Shown piece after piece: positions 51,373 to 63,698 of a stretch of DNA of 64,000 bases. Under the pieces are notes generated by a model. It had not been told where the DNA came from. It searched no databases and worked only from the letters and a program-made list of their open reading frames with translations. The stretch spans positions 1,550,001 to 1,614,000 of the forward strand of contig OX597842.1 of NCBI GenBank assembly GCA_951406725.2, given 5' to 3'. Numbering within the stretch: the first letter of the stretch is position 1; every line of letters starts with the position of its first letter. Position numbers and translations under genes: made by a program. Origin of the DNA: Octopus vulgaris. Its lineage: Eukaryota.

Positions 51373-52355
51373 AAAATTATGCTTTTGTGTGGTGTGTATG
51401 TATGAGTGTTTGTATATTAGTATATGTGTGTGCCGAAGATCGTGTGTGCGTGTGTATTTGTGCATGTGTGTGTGTGTATGTGTGTGCGTTAGATTATGCT
51501 TTTGTATGTGTGTGGTGTGTATGTATGAGTGTTTGTATATTAGTATATGTGTGTGTCGAAGATTGTGTTTGCGTGTGTATTTGAGCATGTGTGTGTGTGT
51601 GTAAGATTGTGCTTTTGTGGGTGTGGTGTGTATATATGAGTGTTTGTATATTAGTATATGTATATGTCAAAAATTGTGTGTGTGGTGTGTGTGTATGAAT
51701 TTGTGTTTGTATGTAAGTATATGTGTGTGTGTCAAAGATTGTGTTTGCGTGTGTATTTGTGTGTGTGTGTGTGCGTAAGATTGTGCTTTTGTGGGTGTGG
51801 TGTGTATATATGAGTGTTTGTATATTAGTATATGTATGTCAAAAATTGTGTGTGTGGTGTGCGTGTATGAATTTGTGTTTGTATATAAGTATGTGTGTGT
51901 GTGAAAGATTGTGTGTGTGCGTGTGTGTCTGTGTGTGTGTGTGTCAAAGATTGTGTTTGCGTGTGTATATGTGTGTGTGTGTGCATAAGATTATACTTTG
52001 TGTGTGTGGTGTGTATATGTGAGTGTTTGTTTATTAGTATATGTATATGTCAAAAATTGTGTGTGTGGTGTGCGTGTATGAATTTGTGTTTGTATGTAAG
52101 TATATGTGTGTGTGTCAAAGATTGTGTTTGCGTGTGTATTTGTGCATGTGTGTGTGTGTGCGTAAGATTGTGCTTTTGTGTGTGTGGTGTGTATATATGA
52201 GTGTTTGTATATTAGTATATGTATATGTCAAAAATTGTGTGTGTGGTGTGCGTGTATGAATTTGTGTTTGTATATTAGTATACATGTGTGTGTGTGCATG
52301 TGGTTTGTGTGTGTGTGTGTGTGTGCATGTCGTGTGTTTGTATATTAGTATACGT

Positions 52356-52386
<31 letters not shown>

Positions 52387-52450
52387 CATGTGGTTGTGTG
52401 TTTGTTTATCATGTATGAATTTGTATTTGCGAATGTGTGAATATTTTTGT
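51240..52450. repeat. GT-rich higher-order minisatellite
   Basis: Recurring caaagattgtgtttgcgtg / taagattgtgcttttg / gtcaaaaattgtg blocks. Confidence 0.9.
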
Positions 52451-52539
52451 ACTTATTTGTGTATGCATATGTAATATAATTATATAAATTACATATAAAT
52501 GTGTGTATGTGTGTATATATATATATATATAAATATATG

Positions 52540-52852
52540 TTTTATTCTTTTACTTGGTTCAGTCATTTGACTGCGGCCATGCTGGAGCACCGCTTTTAGT
52601 CAAACAAATCAACCCCAGAACTTATTCTTTGTAAGCTTAATACTTATTCTATCGGTCTCTTTTACCAAACTGCTAAGTTACAAGGACATAACACACCAAC
52701 ATAGGTTGTCAAGCGACGGTGGGGGGACAAACACAGACACAAATTACAAATACATATAGAAGACAGTTGCCCAAGGTGCCACACAGTGGGACTGAACCCA
52801 GAACCATGTGATTGGGAAGCCAGCTTTTTATCACAGTCTTTCCTATATATAT

Positions 52853-52911
<59 letters not shown>

Positions 52912-53642
52912 AAAACTGCACATTTAAACACATAAGAGGCATCCATCATAGGACTCCTTGCACGCTAGAAAGAACAGTTAAAATTCCAAACCACTATTAA
53001 GGATAAAACTTCGAAGGGAATAAAAAAATAAAAAAATCATGTACCATCTAACAAGGAGTCCTATGATAGATGCCTCTTATGCGTTTAAATGTACACTATA
53101 TTTATATGAATAATATATAGTCTATTGACTAAATTTTTACATGCTAGGCCACTGGTAAATGAAATTTCTAATATTTCTGATTACCCTTTGATGTTATTAA
53201 TTACACACACATATATAATGTGTGTGTATATCCATATATATTTTCCTTTATTCTTTTACTTGTTTTAGCCCAAGAAATCAACCCCAGGACTTATTCTTTG
53301 TACTTATTCTATCGGTCTCTTATGTTGAACTGCTAAGTTATGGGGACATAAACACACCAGCATCGGTTGCCAAGAGATATTGGGAGACAGACACAGAGAC
53401 ACTAACACACACACACACACACACATATATATACATATACGACGGGCTTCTTCCAGTTTCCGTCTACCAAATCCACTCACAAGGCTTTGGTCGGCCTGAA
53501 GTTATTGAACAAGACACATCCCCAAGGTGCCATGCAGGATTGAACCCAGAACGATGTTGTTGGGACACAACTTCATTCCACACAGCCACGCCTGCACCTA
53601 TGTATATACATGTGTGTGTGTGTATATATATATATACACACA

Positions 53643-53692
<50 letters not shown>

Positions 53693-53862
53693 GGTGCAGG
53701 AGTGGCTGTGTGGTAAGTAGCTTGCTTACCAACACATGGTTCCAGGTTCAGTCCCACTGCGTGGTACTTTGGGCAAGTGTCTTCTACTATAGCCTCGAGC
53801 CAACCAAAGCCTTGTGAATGGATTTGGTAGAAGGAAACTGAAAGAAGCCCGTTGTATATATG

Positions 53863-53895
<33 letters not shown>

Positions 53896-54108
53896 TTGTG
53901 TGTCAGTATTTGTCCTCCCAACATGGCTTGACAACCGATGCTGGTGTGTTCATGTCCCCGTAACTTAACGGTTCGGCAAAAGAGACCGATAGAATAAATA
54001 CTAGGCTTACAAAGAATAAGTCCTGGGGTCAATATGCTCAACTAAAGGCGGTGCTCCAGCATGGCCGCAGTCAAATGACTGAAACAAGTAAAAGAGAGTA
54101 AAAGAGTA
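52540..54108. mobile_element. Cluster of SINE A copies: 52540-52830 (-), 53245-53600 (-), 53690-54108 (+)
   Basis: Consensus matches. Confidence 0.88.
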
Positions 54109-54205
54109 ATATATACACACACACACAGTGATGCTTTAGTACAGCATTGTATATTATCAACTGCTATTTCCAGTAAATATTGGTGCACTGTTGTACCACT
54201 ATCTC

Positions 54206-54253
<48 letters not shown>

Positions 54254-54254
54254 A

Positions 54255-54625
54255 TGAAAGAAGGTTTGAAATTGCAGTTTTAAAAGATGTTATTTACTTG
54301 ACCGGTTTCACTTCTTTTGAAAAAGATTGTCAAAAGTAACATGTAAAAGCTTGGTTGGGAAAATATATATATTTTCCCAAGATTTTCCCTTGTAAACTGT
54401 TCTTAACATGTTCTTATAATCAAAGAATGTATATATATATATATATATTGTAATATTTTGTGACAACCAGTACCTAACACAACAAAGCTTTTACCTGTTA
54501 CTTTTGACAATCTTTTTCAAAAAAAGTGAAACCGGTCAAGTAAATAAACATCTTTTAAAATTGCATTTTCAAACCTTCTTTCAAATATAATTCCACTCAT
54601 GCGGTACCTTACAACTTCACTTTGT
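54255..54625 (+). mobile_element. PLE-like hairpin-plus-tail insert with a degenerate hammerhead
   Basis: Arms about 54255-54352 / 54485-54584; ttactt-ttgacaa-(stem)-GAAACCGGTC-aagtaa. Confidence 0.7.
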
Positions 54626-54851
54626 TATATATATAAAGTCGACATTCGCGGAATTTGAACTCTGTAAATGTAAATGTGTTTTTATATCTTGTTATATTTA
54701 TTTAGTTATATCTCACCATATTGTTTGTAATTATTGTACTGTATTAATGTCTAATCTCATTGCTATTGTGTAGTGTTTTAATAAAGTATATGATTCGGTA
54801 TTATCTGATAGTTGATGATTGATTTAGATATATTTCTCCATTTTCTCATTT

Positions 54852-54881
<30 letters not shown>

Positions 54882-54884
<3 letters not shown>

Positions 54885-55099
54885 TCTTTACTCTTTACTC
54901 TTTTACTTGTTTCAGTCAAATGACTGCGGCCATGCTGGAGCACCGCCTTTAGTTGAGCAAATCGACCCCGGAACTTATTCTTTGTAAGCCCCAGTACTTA
55001 TTCTATCAGTCTCTTTTGCCGAACCGCTAAGTTACGGGGACGTAAACACACCAGCATCGGTTGTCAAGCAATGCTTGGGGGACAAACACAGACACACAA

Positions 55100-55130
<31 letters not shown>

Positions 55131-55300
55131 CATATATACAACAGGCTTCTTTCAGTTTCCGTCTACCAAATCCACTCACAAGGCATTGGTCGGCCCGTGG
55201 CTATAGTAGAAGACACTTGTCCAAGATGTCACGCAGTGGGACTGAACCTGGAACCATGTGGTTGGTTAGCAAGCTACTTACCACACAGCCACTCCTGCGT
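54882..55300 (-). mobile_element. SINE family A, full length
   Basis: Consensus match. Confidence 0.92.
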
Positions 55301-55590
55301 CTAATATATATATTCTGAGTTCAAATTCTTCCGAGGTTGACTTTACCTTTCATCCTTTCAGGGTCAATGAAATAAGTACCAGTTGAACACTGGGGTCAAT
55401 GTGATTAATGTAATCAACCAGGTCCCTCCCACCAAAATGTGTCTTTTAGTAGAAAGGATTATTATTATTATTATGGTGGTGATGGGGATGATGGTATGAC
55501 ATTGGTAATGATGATGATTATGATGATAATGACTGCAGTGGTGATGACGATGATGGGGAAGATGTTGTCGATGCTACTGCTGATGTTGCT

Positions 55591-55621
<31 letters not shown>

Positions 55622-56035
55622 TATGTGGTGTTGTTGATGACAATGAGGACAGCATTTATAGTTCTGTTAATGGTTCGTTAGCACCTGAGAGAGCCAGTGC
55701 TGCACCTATCTGGTTTTAATATCCCAGGTGTGCTGACGGAGAACAATGACATTAATTTAGAGGCTGGAGGACAATAACTACAACAACAACGATGACAGCA
55801 ACAACAACAACAATAAAGACCAACAAATGCACCTGCAAAATCTGCAAACAGAAAACTGCTGCAACGATACCAACAATGTGGTAGAAATAGCAGTTAAATC
55901 TTCCTCAAATGACATCCTGCTGTCTTGTGTATATGTATGTATGTATGTATGAGCCAATGAGGGTGACATCTACATGGTAGCGAGACATGCTAGAAATAGC
56001 AGCCAAATCTCCCTCAAATCATACCCTACTGTTTC

Positions 56036-56089
<54 letters not shown>

Positions 56090-56092
<3 letters not shown>

Positions 56093-56482
56093 GGTGTAGG
56101 AGTGGCTGTGTGGTAAGTAGCTTGCTTATGAACTACATGGTTCTGGGTTCAGTCCCACTGCACGGCACCTTGAACAAGTGTCATCTATAGCCTCGGGCCG
56201 ACGAAAGCCTTGTGAGTGGATTTGGTAGACGGAAACTGAAAGAAGCCTGTCGTATATATGCATATGTATATATATGTGTATTTGTGTGTCTGTGTTTGTC
56301 CCCCAACATTGCTTGACAACTGATGTTGGTGTGTTTATGACCCTGTAACTTAGCGGTTCAGCAAAAGAGACCGATAGTATACGTACTAGGCTTTCAAAGA
56401 ATAAGTCCTGGGGTCGATGTGCTCGACTAAAGGTGGTGCTCCAGCATGGCCACAGTCAAATGGCTGAAACAAGTAAAAGAGT
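56090..56482 (+). mobile_element. SINE family A within a tandem of gagccaatgagggagacc...tagaaatagcagccaaatctccctcaaatc units (55880-56930)
   Basis: Consensus match; the flanking unit also occurs near 20010-20170. Confidence 0.85.
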
Positions 56483-56485
56483 GTA

Positions 56486-56539
<54 letters not shown>

Positions 56540-56706
56540 CCAATGAGGGAGACCCCCTACATGGTAGCTAGACCTGGTAGAAATAGCAGCCAAATCTCCC
56601 TCAAATCACACCCTTGTTTCATATATATGTATATACATGCATAATGCATATATATATATATGTGTGTGTGTGTGTGTATATATATATGTGTGTGTGTGTG
56701 TGTATG

Positions 56707-56743
<37 letters not shown>

Positions 56744-57489
56744 ATTTGTGTTAATATATATGTATGCATGAGCCAATGAGGGAGACCTCTGCATTGTAGC
56801 TAGACCCGCTAGAAATAATAGTCAAATCTCCCTCAAATCGCATCCTCCTGTCTTATGTATGTGTCAATGAGAGAGACTTCTACATGGTACTACACCACAC
56901 AGAAATAACAGCCATATCTCCCTCAGATGACACTGGGACTCAACATGGAACAATGTAGTGGGAAGCAAACTTTTAAATTGCTGCACTTTAAAATCAAACA
57001 CAAGTTCTAGAGTTGATTTATTTGACAATGCCCCAGCATGGCCACAACCCAGTGACTGAAACACATAATAAAGGCATATCTCTATAAGCCAACAATATCC
57101 ATACTGTTTGATGGCATTATTTTTGTAGTCTGACCCAGAGTTACTTCCCTTAGTGTTACAATCCAAAAATAATGCCTTCTCTGAAGACCTTCTGCTGTTC
57201 GCCTCTTGTGAAAGTATTTTACCACTGTATCTCTCTATATATAAAGCTGAAGTTGTCTGTGTATGGCAGTAGATGATGATGATGTATATATATATATAAA
57301 AAGGGGTTTGTATGATTGTATATAGAGGGATATATATTATTCGACTGTTTTATGTTTTATTTATATTCTTTATAATATTAATGTAGAATATAGAGTATAT
57401 AGTATATAAATAGTATATATATATAGTAAAATGAAATGAAGTATGGATTGTCTTATTGAATAGATGAAATGTTGAATATCAAATATTAA

Positions 57490-57532
57490 GGGACTAGTAT
57501 ACTTTCATGCATTAAAGCATTCTTCAGTCTTC
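57490..57532 (-). ncRNA. Hammerhead core motif, stem I imperfect
   Basis: Reverse: CTGAAGA-atgc(tttaat)gcat-GAAA-gtatac-TA with palindromic stem III agtatact. Confidence 0.5.
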
Positions 57533-57560
57533 AAGGTCCCAGGTTGTGACAGGAGTGTTT

Positions 57561-57609
<49 letters not shown>

Positions 57610-57616
<7 letters not shown>

Positions 57617-57845
57617 GACAAAACCACTATTTTGCAAAACAAACAAGGAAAGACTTAATCAATACATAAAATTTTAATAAATTGACTATTTATTAAAATT
57701 TTATGTATTGATTAAGTCTTTCCTTGTTTGTTTTGCAAAATAGTGGTTTTGTCTCTAATAATATTTTATAATATTTTACTATAAAATTGGATTTAATCCT
57801 AAATCTGATTTTTTTCCCTGTAAATTTGGATTTATTCCCTAATAT

Positions 57846-57860
<15 letters not shown>
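57610..57860 (+). mobile_element. Hairpin-plus-tail insert in (TA)n
   Basis: Perfect arms centred near 57685; same family as 37464. Confidence 0.78.
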
Positions 57861-57893
<33 letters not shown>

Positions 57894-57980
57894 GAGATTT
57901 ATAGAAAAACAAAAGACGAAGACTAATGTATGAGCAACAAGGAGGTGTATTAGTTTCACGTTCGGTGAAAAATGAAGAAG

Positions 57981-58018
57981 CCTTTTACGTTTCGAGCCTA
58001 CACTCTTCGACAGAAAGG
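57981..58018 (-). ncRNA. Variant minimal hammerhead (CUGUCGA core)
   Basis: Reverse: ccttt-CTGTCGA-a-gagt(gtag)gctc-GAAACGTA-aaagg. Confidence 0.55.
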
Positions 58019-58157
58019 AATAAGAAAAAATAAAAAGAGAGAGAAGGAAAAAAAACTTGTAGATATCAGTGGTCCTGTATGGCAAATGATAGGAAAAAAA
58101 GTTTGAAAGAAAGGGAGATATGTATGTATGTATATTTTAATATATATATATGTAGCT

Positions 58158-58276
58158 GTCAGGATAGCTAAGTAGTCTAGGGTGCCAGACTCAAGGTGCA
58201 TAAATGGTACCTTAACCAGAATATTGAGTATTCTGGTCCATTAATGTGGGTGTGGATTTGAATCCCACTTCTGACA
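58158..58276 (+). tRNA. tRNA-Leu(CAA) pseudogene retaining a 35-nt intron (58196-58230)
   Basis: gtcaggatagctaagtagtctagggtgccagactCAAg-[intron]-ttctggtc...gtggatttgaatcccacttctgaca follows the eukaryotic Leu-CAA pattern; A and B boxes mutated; T-run just downstream. Confidence 0.85.
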
Positions 58277-58286
58277 GATAATTTTT

Positions 58287-58665
58287 ATAGGTGCAAGTGT
58301 AGCTGTGTGGTAAGAAGCTTCATCCCCAACTACATTGTTCCGGGTTCAGTCCCACTGTGTGGCACCTTTGGCAAGTATCTTCTACTATTGTCTCTGTCAT
58401 TGAGAGTAGATTTCGTAAACGGAAACTGGAAGAAGCCTGTCATATATATGTGTGTGTGTGTGTGTGTTTGTTCCCCCAATGCTTGACAACCAATACTAGT
58501 GTGTTTATGTCCCATAGCTTAGCAGTTTGGCAAAAGAGACCGATAGAATAAGTCCTGGGCTTACAAAGAATGAGTACTGGTGTCAATTTCTTTGACTAAC
58601 ACCCTTTAAGTTAATGCTCCAGCATGGCCGCAGTCAAATAACTGAAACAAGTAAAAGAAAGAGAG
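58287..58665 (+). mobile_element. SINE family A, diverged
   Basis: Consensus match. Confidence 0.85.
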
Positions 58666-58829
58666 AGAGAGTACCCCAGTTCTATACACTTGTGTCTATG
58701 TTCTATACCTTTGTAACCCTACAGTACCAACGTACTACACTTCTGTAAACCTTATATCCATATTCAAGGGCTTTCTTAATCTGTAACTATCTCTATCATA
58801 ATAGTTTTCTAACCATACACAAACAACCC

Positions 58830-59400
58830 TGATCTTCCTTCCATCTTTCCTTCATTCCTTCCTTTTTCCTTCATTCCTTTCTTTCCTTCTTTCCTTTCTC
58901 CCTTCCTTCCTTCCTTCTTTCTTCCTCTCTGTCTTCCTTCCTCCCTTCTTCCTTCCTTCCTTCTTTCTTTCTTTCTTTCTTTCTTCCTTCCTTCCCTCCT
59001 TTCCTTCATTCCTTTCCTTCCTTTCCTTTCTCCCTTCCTTCCTTCCTTCCTTCCTTCCTTCCTTCCTTCCTTCCTTCCTTCCTTCCTTCCTTTCTTCCTT
59101 CCTTCCCTCCCTTCCTTCCTTCCTTCCTTCCTTCCTTCCTTCCTTCCTTCCTTCCTTCCTTCCTTCTTTCCTTCTTTCTTTCTTCCTTCCTTCCTTTTTC
59201 CTTCCTTCCTTTCCTTCCTTTCCGTTCTCCCTTCCTTTTGACAATCCTTCCTTCCTTCCTTTCTTTCTTTCTTCTTTCCTTTTTTCCTTCATTCCTTTCC
59301 TTCCTTCTTTCCTTTCTCCCTTCCTTCCTTCCTTCCTTATCTCCCCCTTCTTTCCTTTCTTCACCACATCCATTCTTCCTTCCCTCTCTTCCCTGCCATT
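58830..59400. repeat. (CCTT)n polypyrimidine microsatellite
   Basis: Direct read. Confidence 0.95.
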
Positions 59401-59536
59401 TTTCATTCCCAACCCCCAAAACACCCTAGACACACCCACCTCCACCACCATAAACACAACCAGTCAATATCAGCTTTTAGATAAATCTAATCCCCAAAGC
59501 TGCCACTAATCCTAAAACTATAATACCCCAGGAGAT

Positions 59537-60660
59537 AGCATGTGGCTTAGAGGTTAGGGTCCTCGGCTCCCAATCATTAGGTTGTAAGTTCAATTCCCAG
59601 CAATGCTGTACCCTTGAGCAAGACCCTAAAAAATGTGTTGTACCTGTAATTCAAAGAGGCCAACCTTGTCACATCCTGTGTTATGCTGAAACTCCCCGAG
59701 GACTACGCTAAGGGTTACTCAGGTCTGTGGAATACTCAGCCACTTGCCTTGCATGTTAATTTCACAAACAAGCTGTTTGATTGATCGGATCATCTGGACC
59801 CTCTGCATCGTAACAAACGGAATGCTACCTGTGTCCTTGGGCAAGACACTTTACTTCACATTGCTCAGTCCAGTTAAGGGTACACATGTCTGTGGAGCGC
59901 TCAGCCACTTTCACATTAATTTCATAAGCAGGCTCTTCTATTGATTGGCTCAACTCCAGCCCTTGTCATCATAACCAACAGAATACCAGTGACATTGGGC
60001 AAGACACTTTACATCACGTTGCTCAAGTCTACTCAGCTGGCAAAAATGAGTTTTGACCCGTAATTCAAAATGGCCAACCTTTTCATATTCTGTGTCCCAC
60101 TGAATCACCTTGAGAACCACATTAAGGGTACGTATGTCTGTGGAGCGCTCAGCCACTTTCACATTAATTTCACGAACAGGCTGTTCCATTGATTGAATCA
60201 ACTGAAACACTTGTCATACCTAACAGATACCCAGGGTAGCTGTAAACCTTATAGTACCCCTTACTATAGCCCTATACCTCTGCAAACCCACAGTAGTCAT
60301 CTTCTATGGCTTTGTAAACCTTGCATGTTAATTTCAGGCTGTTGAATTGATCAGATCATCTGGAACCCTCTGCATCGTAACAAACGGAATGCTACCAATG
60401 TCCTTGGGCAAGACACTTTACTCCACATTACTCCAATCCATTCAGCAGGCAAAAATGAGATTGGACCCCTTAATTCAAAAGGGCCGACCTTTTCACTTTC
60501 TATGTCACGCTGAATCACCCTTAGAACCATGTAAGGTACGTATGTCTGTGGAGCGCTCAGCCACTTTCACATTAATTTCACAAGCAGGCTGTTCCATTGA
60601 TTGAATCAACTGAAACACTTGTCATAAGCGATACCCAGGGCGGCTGTAACCCTTATAGTA
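59537..60660 (+). mobile_element. Further tRNA-headed SINE family, locally amplified (about 4 partial bodies)
   Basis: Head gtggcttagaggttaggg...aagttcaattccc; repeated ttgggcaagacacttta and tgtggagcgctcagccacttt. Confidence 0.65.
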
Positions 60661-61638
60661 CCTATTCCTTTACTACCCACAAGGGGCTAAACGCAGAGAG
60701 GACAAACAAGGACAGATGGATTAAGTCATTTATATCGACTCCAGTGTGTAACTGGGACTTAATTTATCGACTCCGAAAGGATGAAAGGCAACGTCGACCT
60801 TGGCGGAATTTGAACTCAGAACATTACGGCAGATGAAATACCTATTTCTTTACTACCCACAAGGGGCTAAACACAGAAGGGACAAACAGATTAAGTCGTT
60901 TATATTAACTCCAGTGCGTAACTGGTTCTTAATTTATCGACCCCGAAAGGATGAAAGGCAAAATCGACCTTGACGGAATTTGAACTCAGAACATAAAGAC
61001 AGACGAAATACCTATTTCTTTACTGCCCACAAGAGGCTAAACACAGAGAGGACAAACTAGGACAGATAAATGGATTAAGTTGTTTATATCGACTCCAGTG
61101 CGTAACTGGTACTTAATTTATCGACCCCGAAAGGATGAATGGCAAAGTCGACCCATGCAGAATTTGAACACAGAACGTAACGGCAGACAAAATACCTATT
61201 TCTTTACTATCCACAAGGAGCTAAACACAGAGGGGACAAACAAGGACAGACAAAGGGATTAAGTCGTTTATATCGACTCCAGTGCATAACTGGTACTTAT
61301 CTAATCGACCCCGAAAAGATGAAAGGCAAAGTCGACCTCAGCAGAATTTGAACTCAGAACATAAAGACAGACGAAATACCTATTTCTTTACTACCCACAA
61401 GGGTAGACAAAGAGGACAAACAAGTACAGACAAGAGGACAGAGAGGACAAACAAGTACAGACAAATGGATTAAGTCGTTTATATCGACTCCAGTGCATAA
61501 CTGGTACTTAATTTATCGACCCCGAAAGGATGAAGGGCAAAGTCGACCCCGGCGGAATTTGAACACAGAACGCAATGGCAGACGAAATACGGCTACGCAT
61601 TTCGCCCGACGTGCCAACGCTTCTACCAGCTCGCCGCC
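60661..61638 (-). mobile_element. SINE B pentamer (one head + five ~180-bp bodies)
   Basis: Units start at 60661, 60841, 61011, 61195, 61379; flanks taacccttatagta/taaaccttatagca. Confidence 0.9.
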
Positions 61639-62077
61639 TTAAACCTTATAGCACCCCTGTACTATCGCCCTATACATTTACAAACCTATAGTAGTCATCT
61701 TCTATGGCTTTGTAAACCTGTAATTATCCAAATCCTAATAGTTTCCTAATTCTATAAACGACCCTGCTCTTCTTTTAAAACCAACCATCTTCCCTTCATT
61801 CTCTCCTCGCCATCTTCCTTCCCCAAACACCCTCCCTGCCTCTTCCAACCACCATCACCGAAGTTAAACACAACAGCCAGTCGATGTCTGCTTTTAGACA
61901 AGTCTAATCTCAAACGCTGCCATTAATCCTCTCGTTTGGCTCTCCAAGGCCATTAATTACTTCCAACTTTAATTTATTACATGAAAAGCTCAGCAAGTTT
62001 CTCTCTCCCTAATTTATTAAACTCCATGTTCTTTGGTTCTTTGTATCATTCCTGGCATTTACTTTCTGCCATTTACC

Positions 62078-62078
62078 A

Positions 62079-62128
<50 letters not shown>

Positions 62129-62265
62129 CATTATTATTATTATTATTATTATTATTGTTATTATTATTATTACTGCCATTGTTCTTATAACCATTGCTAT
62201 TTATATTATTATTATTTTTATTATCATTGCTATTGTTATTATTATTGTTGCTATTATTATTTTTA

Positions 62266-62357
<92 letters not shown>

Positions 62358-62367
62358 GTTATTATTA

Positions 62368-62401
<34 letters not shown>

Positions 62402-62499
62402 CATTATCATTGCTATTAATATTACTGCCATTGTTATTATTATCATTGCTATTATTATTATTATTATTATTATTATCATTATTATTATCATTATTATTA

Positions 62500-62536
<37 letters not shown>

Positions 62537-62680
62537 CATTATTATTATCATTATTATTATCATTATTATTATTACTACTATTATTATCGTTGCTATTATT
62601 ATTATTATTATTATTGTTGTTGTTGTTGTTGTTATTGCTTTTATTATCTTTGTTATTAATATAGTTGTTGCTATTGTCGT
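62078..62680. repeat. (ATT)n microsatellite
   Basis: Direct read. Confidence 0.97.
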
Positions 62681-62767
62681 TTATTATATAATCGGTAGAG
62701 CGTTGAAGCACAAATGTATTGCAGTTTTCAATTACATTCCATTAAGTTATGAGTTCAAATCCCTGTT

Positions 62768-63210
62768 TGGTGGTGGTAGTGGTGGCAGTGTTGCTGGTGG
62801 GGATGATGGTAGTAGTGGCAGTGGCGGAAGTCATTCTGACGATGGTGGTGGTGGTGGTTGTGGTGGTGGTGGTTGTGGTGGTGGTGGCGGTGATTGTGGT
62901 GGTGGTGGTGGTAATGGTGGTTGTGGTGGTGTTGGTGGTGGTGGTGGTGGTGGTGTTGGTGATGGTGGTTGTGGTGGTGGTGGTGGTGGTGATGGTAGTT
63001 GTGGTGGTGGTGGTGGTGGTGGTGGTGGTGGTGATAGTGGAGGTGGTGATTGTGGTGGTGGTGGTGGTGGTGATGGTGGTTGTGGTGGTTGTAGTGGTCT
63101 TGGTAGTGGTGGTGATAGTGATGGTGTTGGTAATGGTGGTGGTGATAGTGGCGGTGTTGGTGATGGTGGTGATAGGGGAGGTGTTGGTGGTGATGGTAGT
63201 GGTTGTGGTA
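62768..63210. repeat. (GGT)n microsatellite
   Basis: Direct read. Confidence 0.95.
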
Positions 63211-63450
63211 GGGCTCCCTTTCCATCAACATTATACCTTATGCCACAATGTGAAGATCCTTTTATATTAAAAAGGTGAAAGGAAATAAAATTACATGACA
63301 GAATCATAGTCTTGGCTATGACAAAAAAACCTATGACAAAAAAAAAAGACCTCAAAATTTTGGCTAGGAAATAAATTCTCTAAAACTAGTCCTAAAACTA
63401 AGGAAATGCTGCAATTTTGACTAAGAAACAGTTCAGAAAGAAACTGATAA

Positions 63451-63632
63451 TACAGTTCTGTATTTAAGAGATGAGGAATTATTTACATTATTTACATTTG
63501 ATGGATATTTGTCCTCATCTTGTTTGTTGTTAACACAATGTTTTGGCTGATATACCCTCCAGCCTTCTTCAGGTGCCTTGGGGAAATTTTGAACCTGGGT
63601 TCTCATTCCTAAGGTATTTTTCCATGTTATTA

Positions 63633-63698
<66 letters not shown>

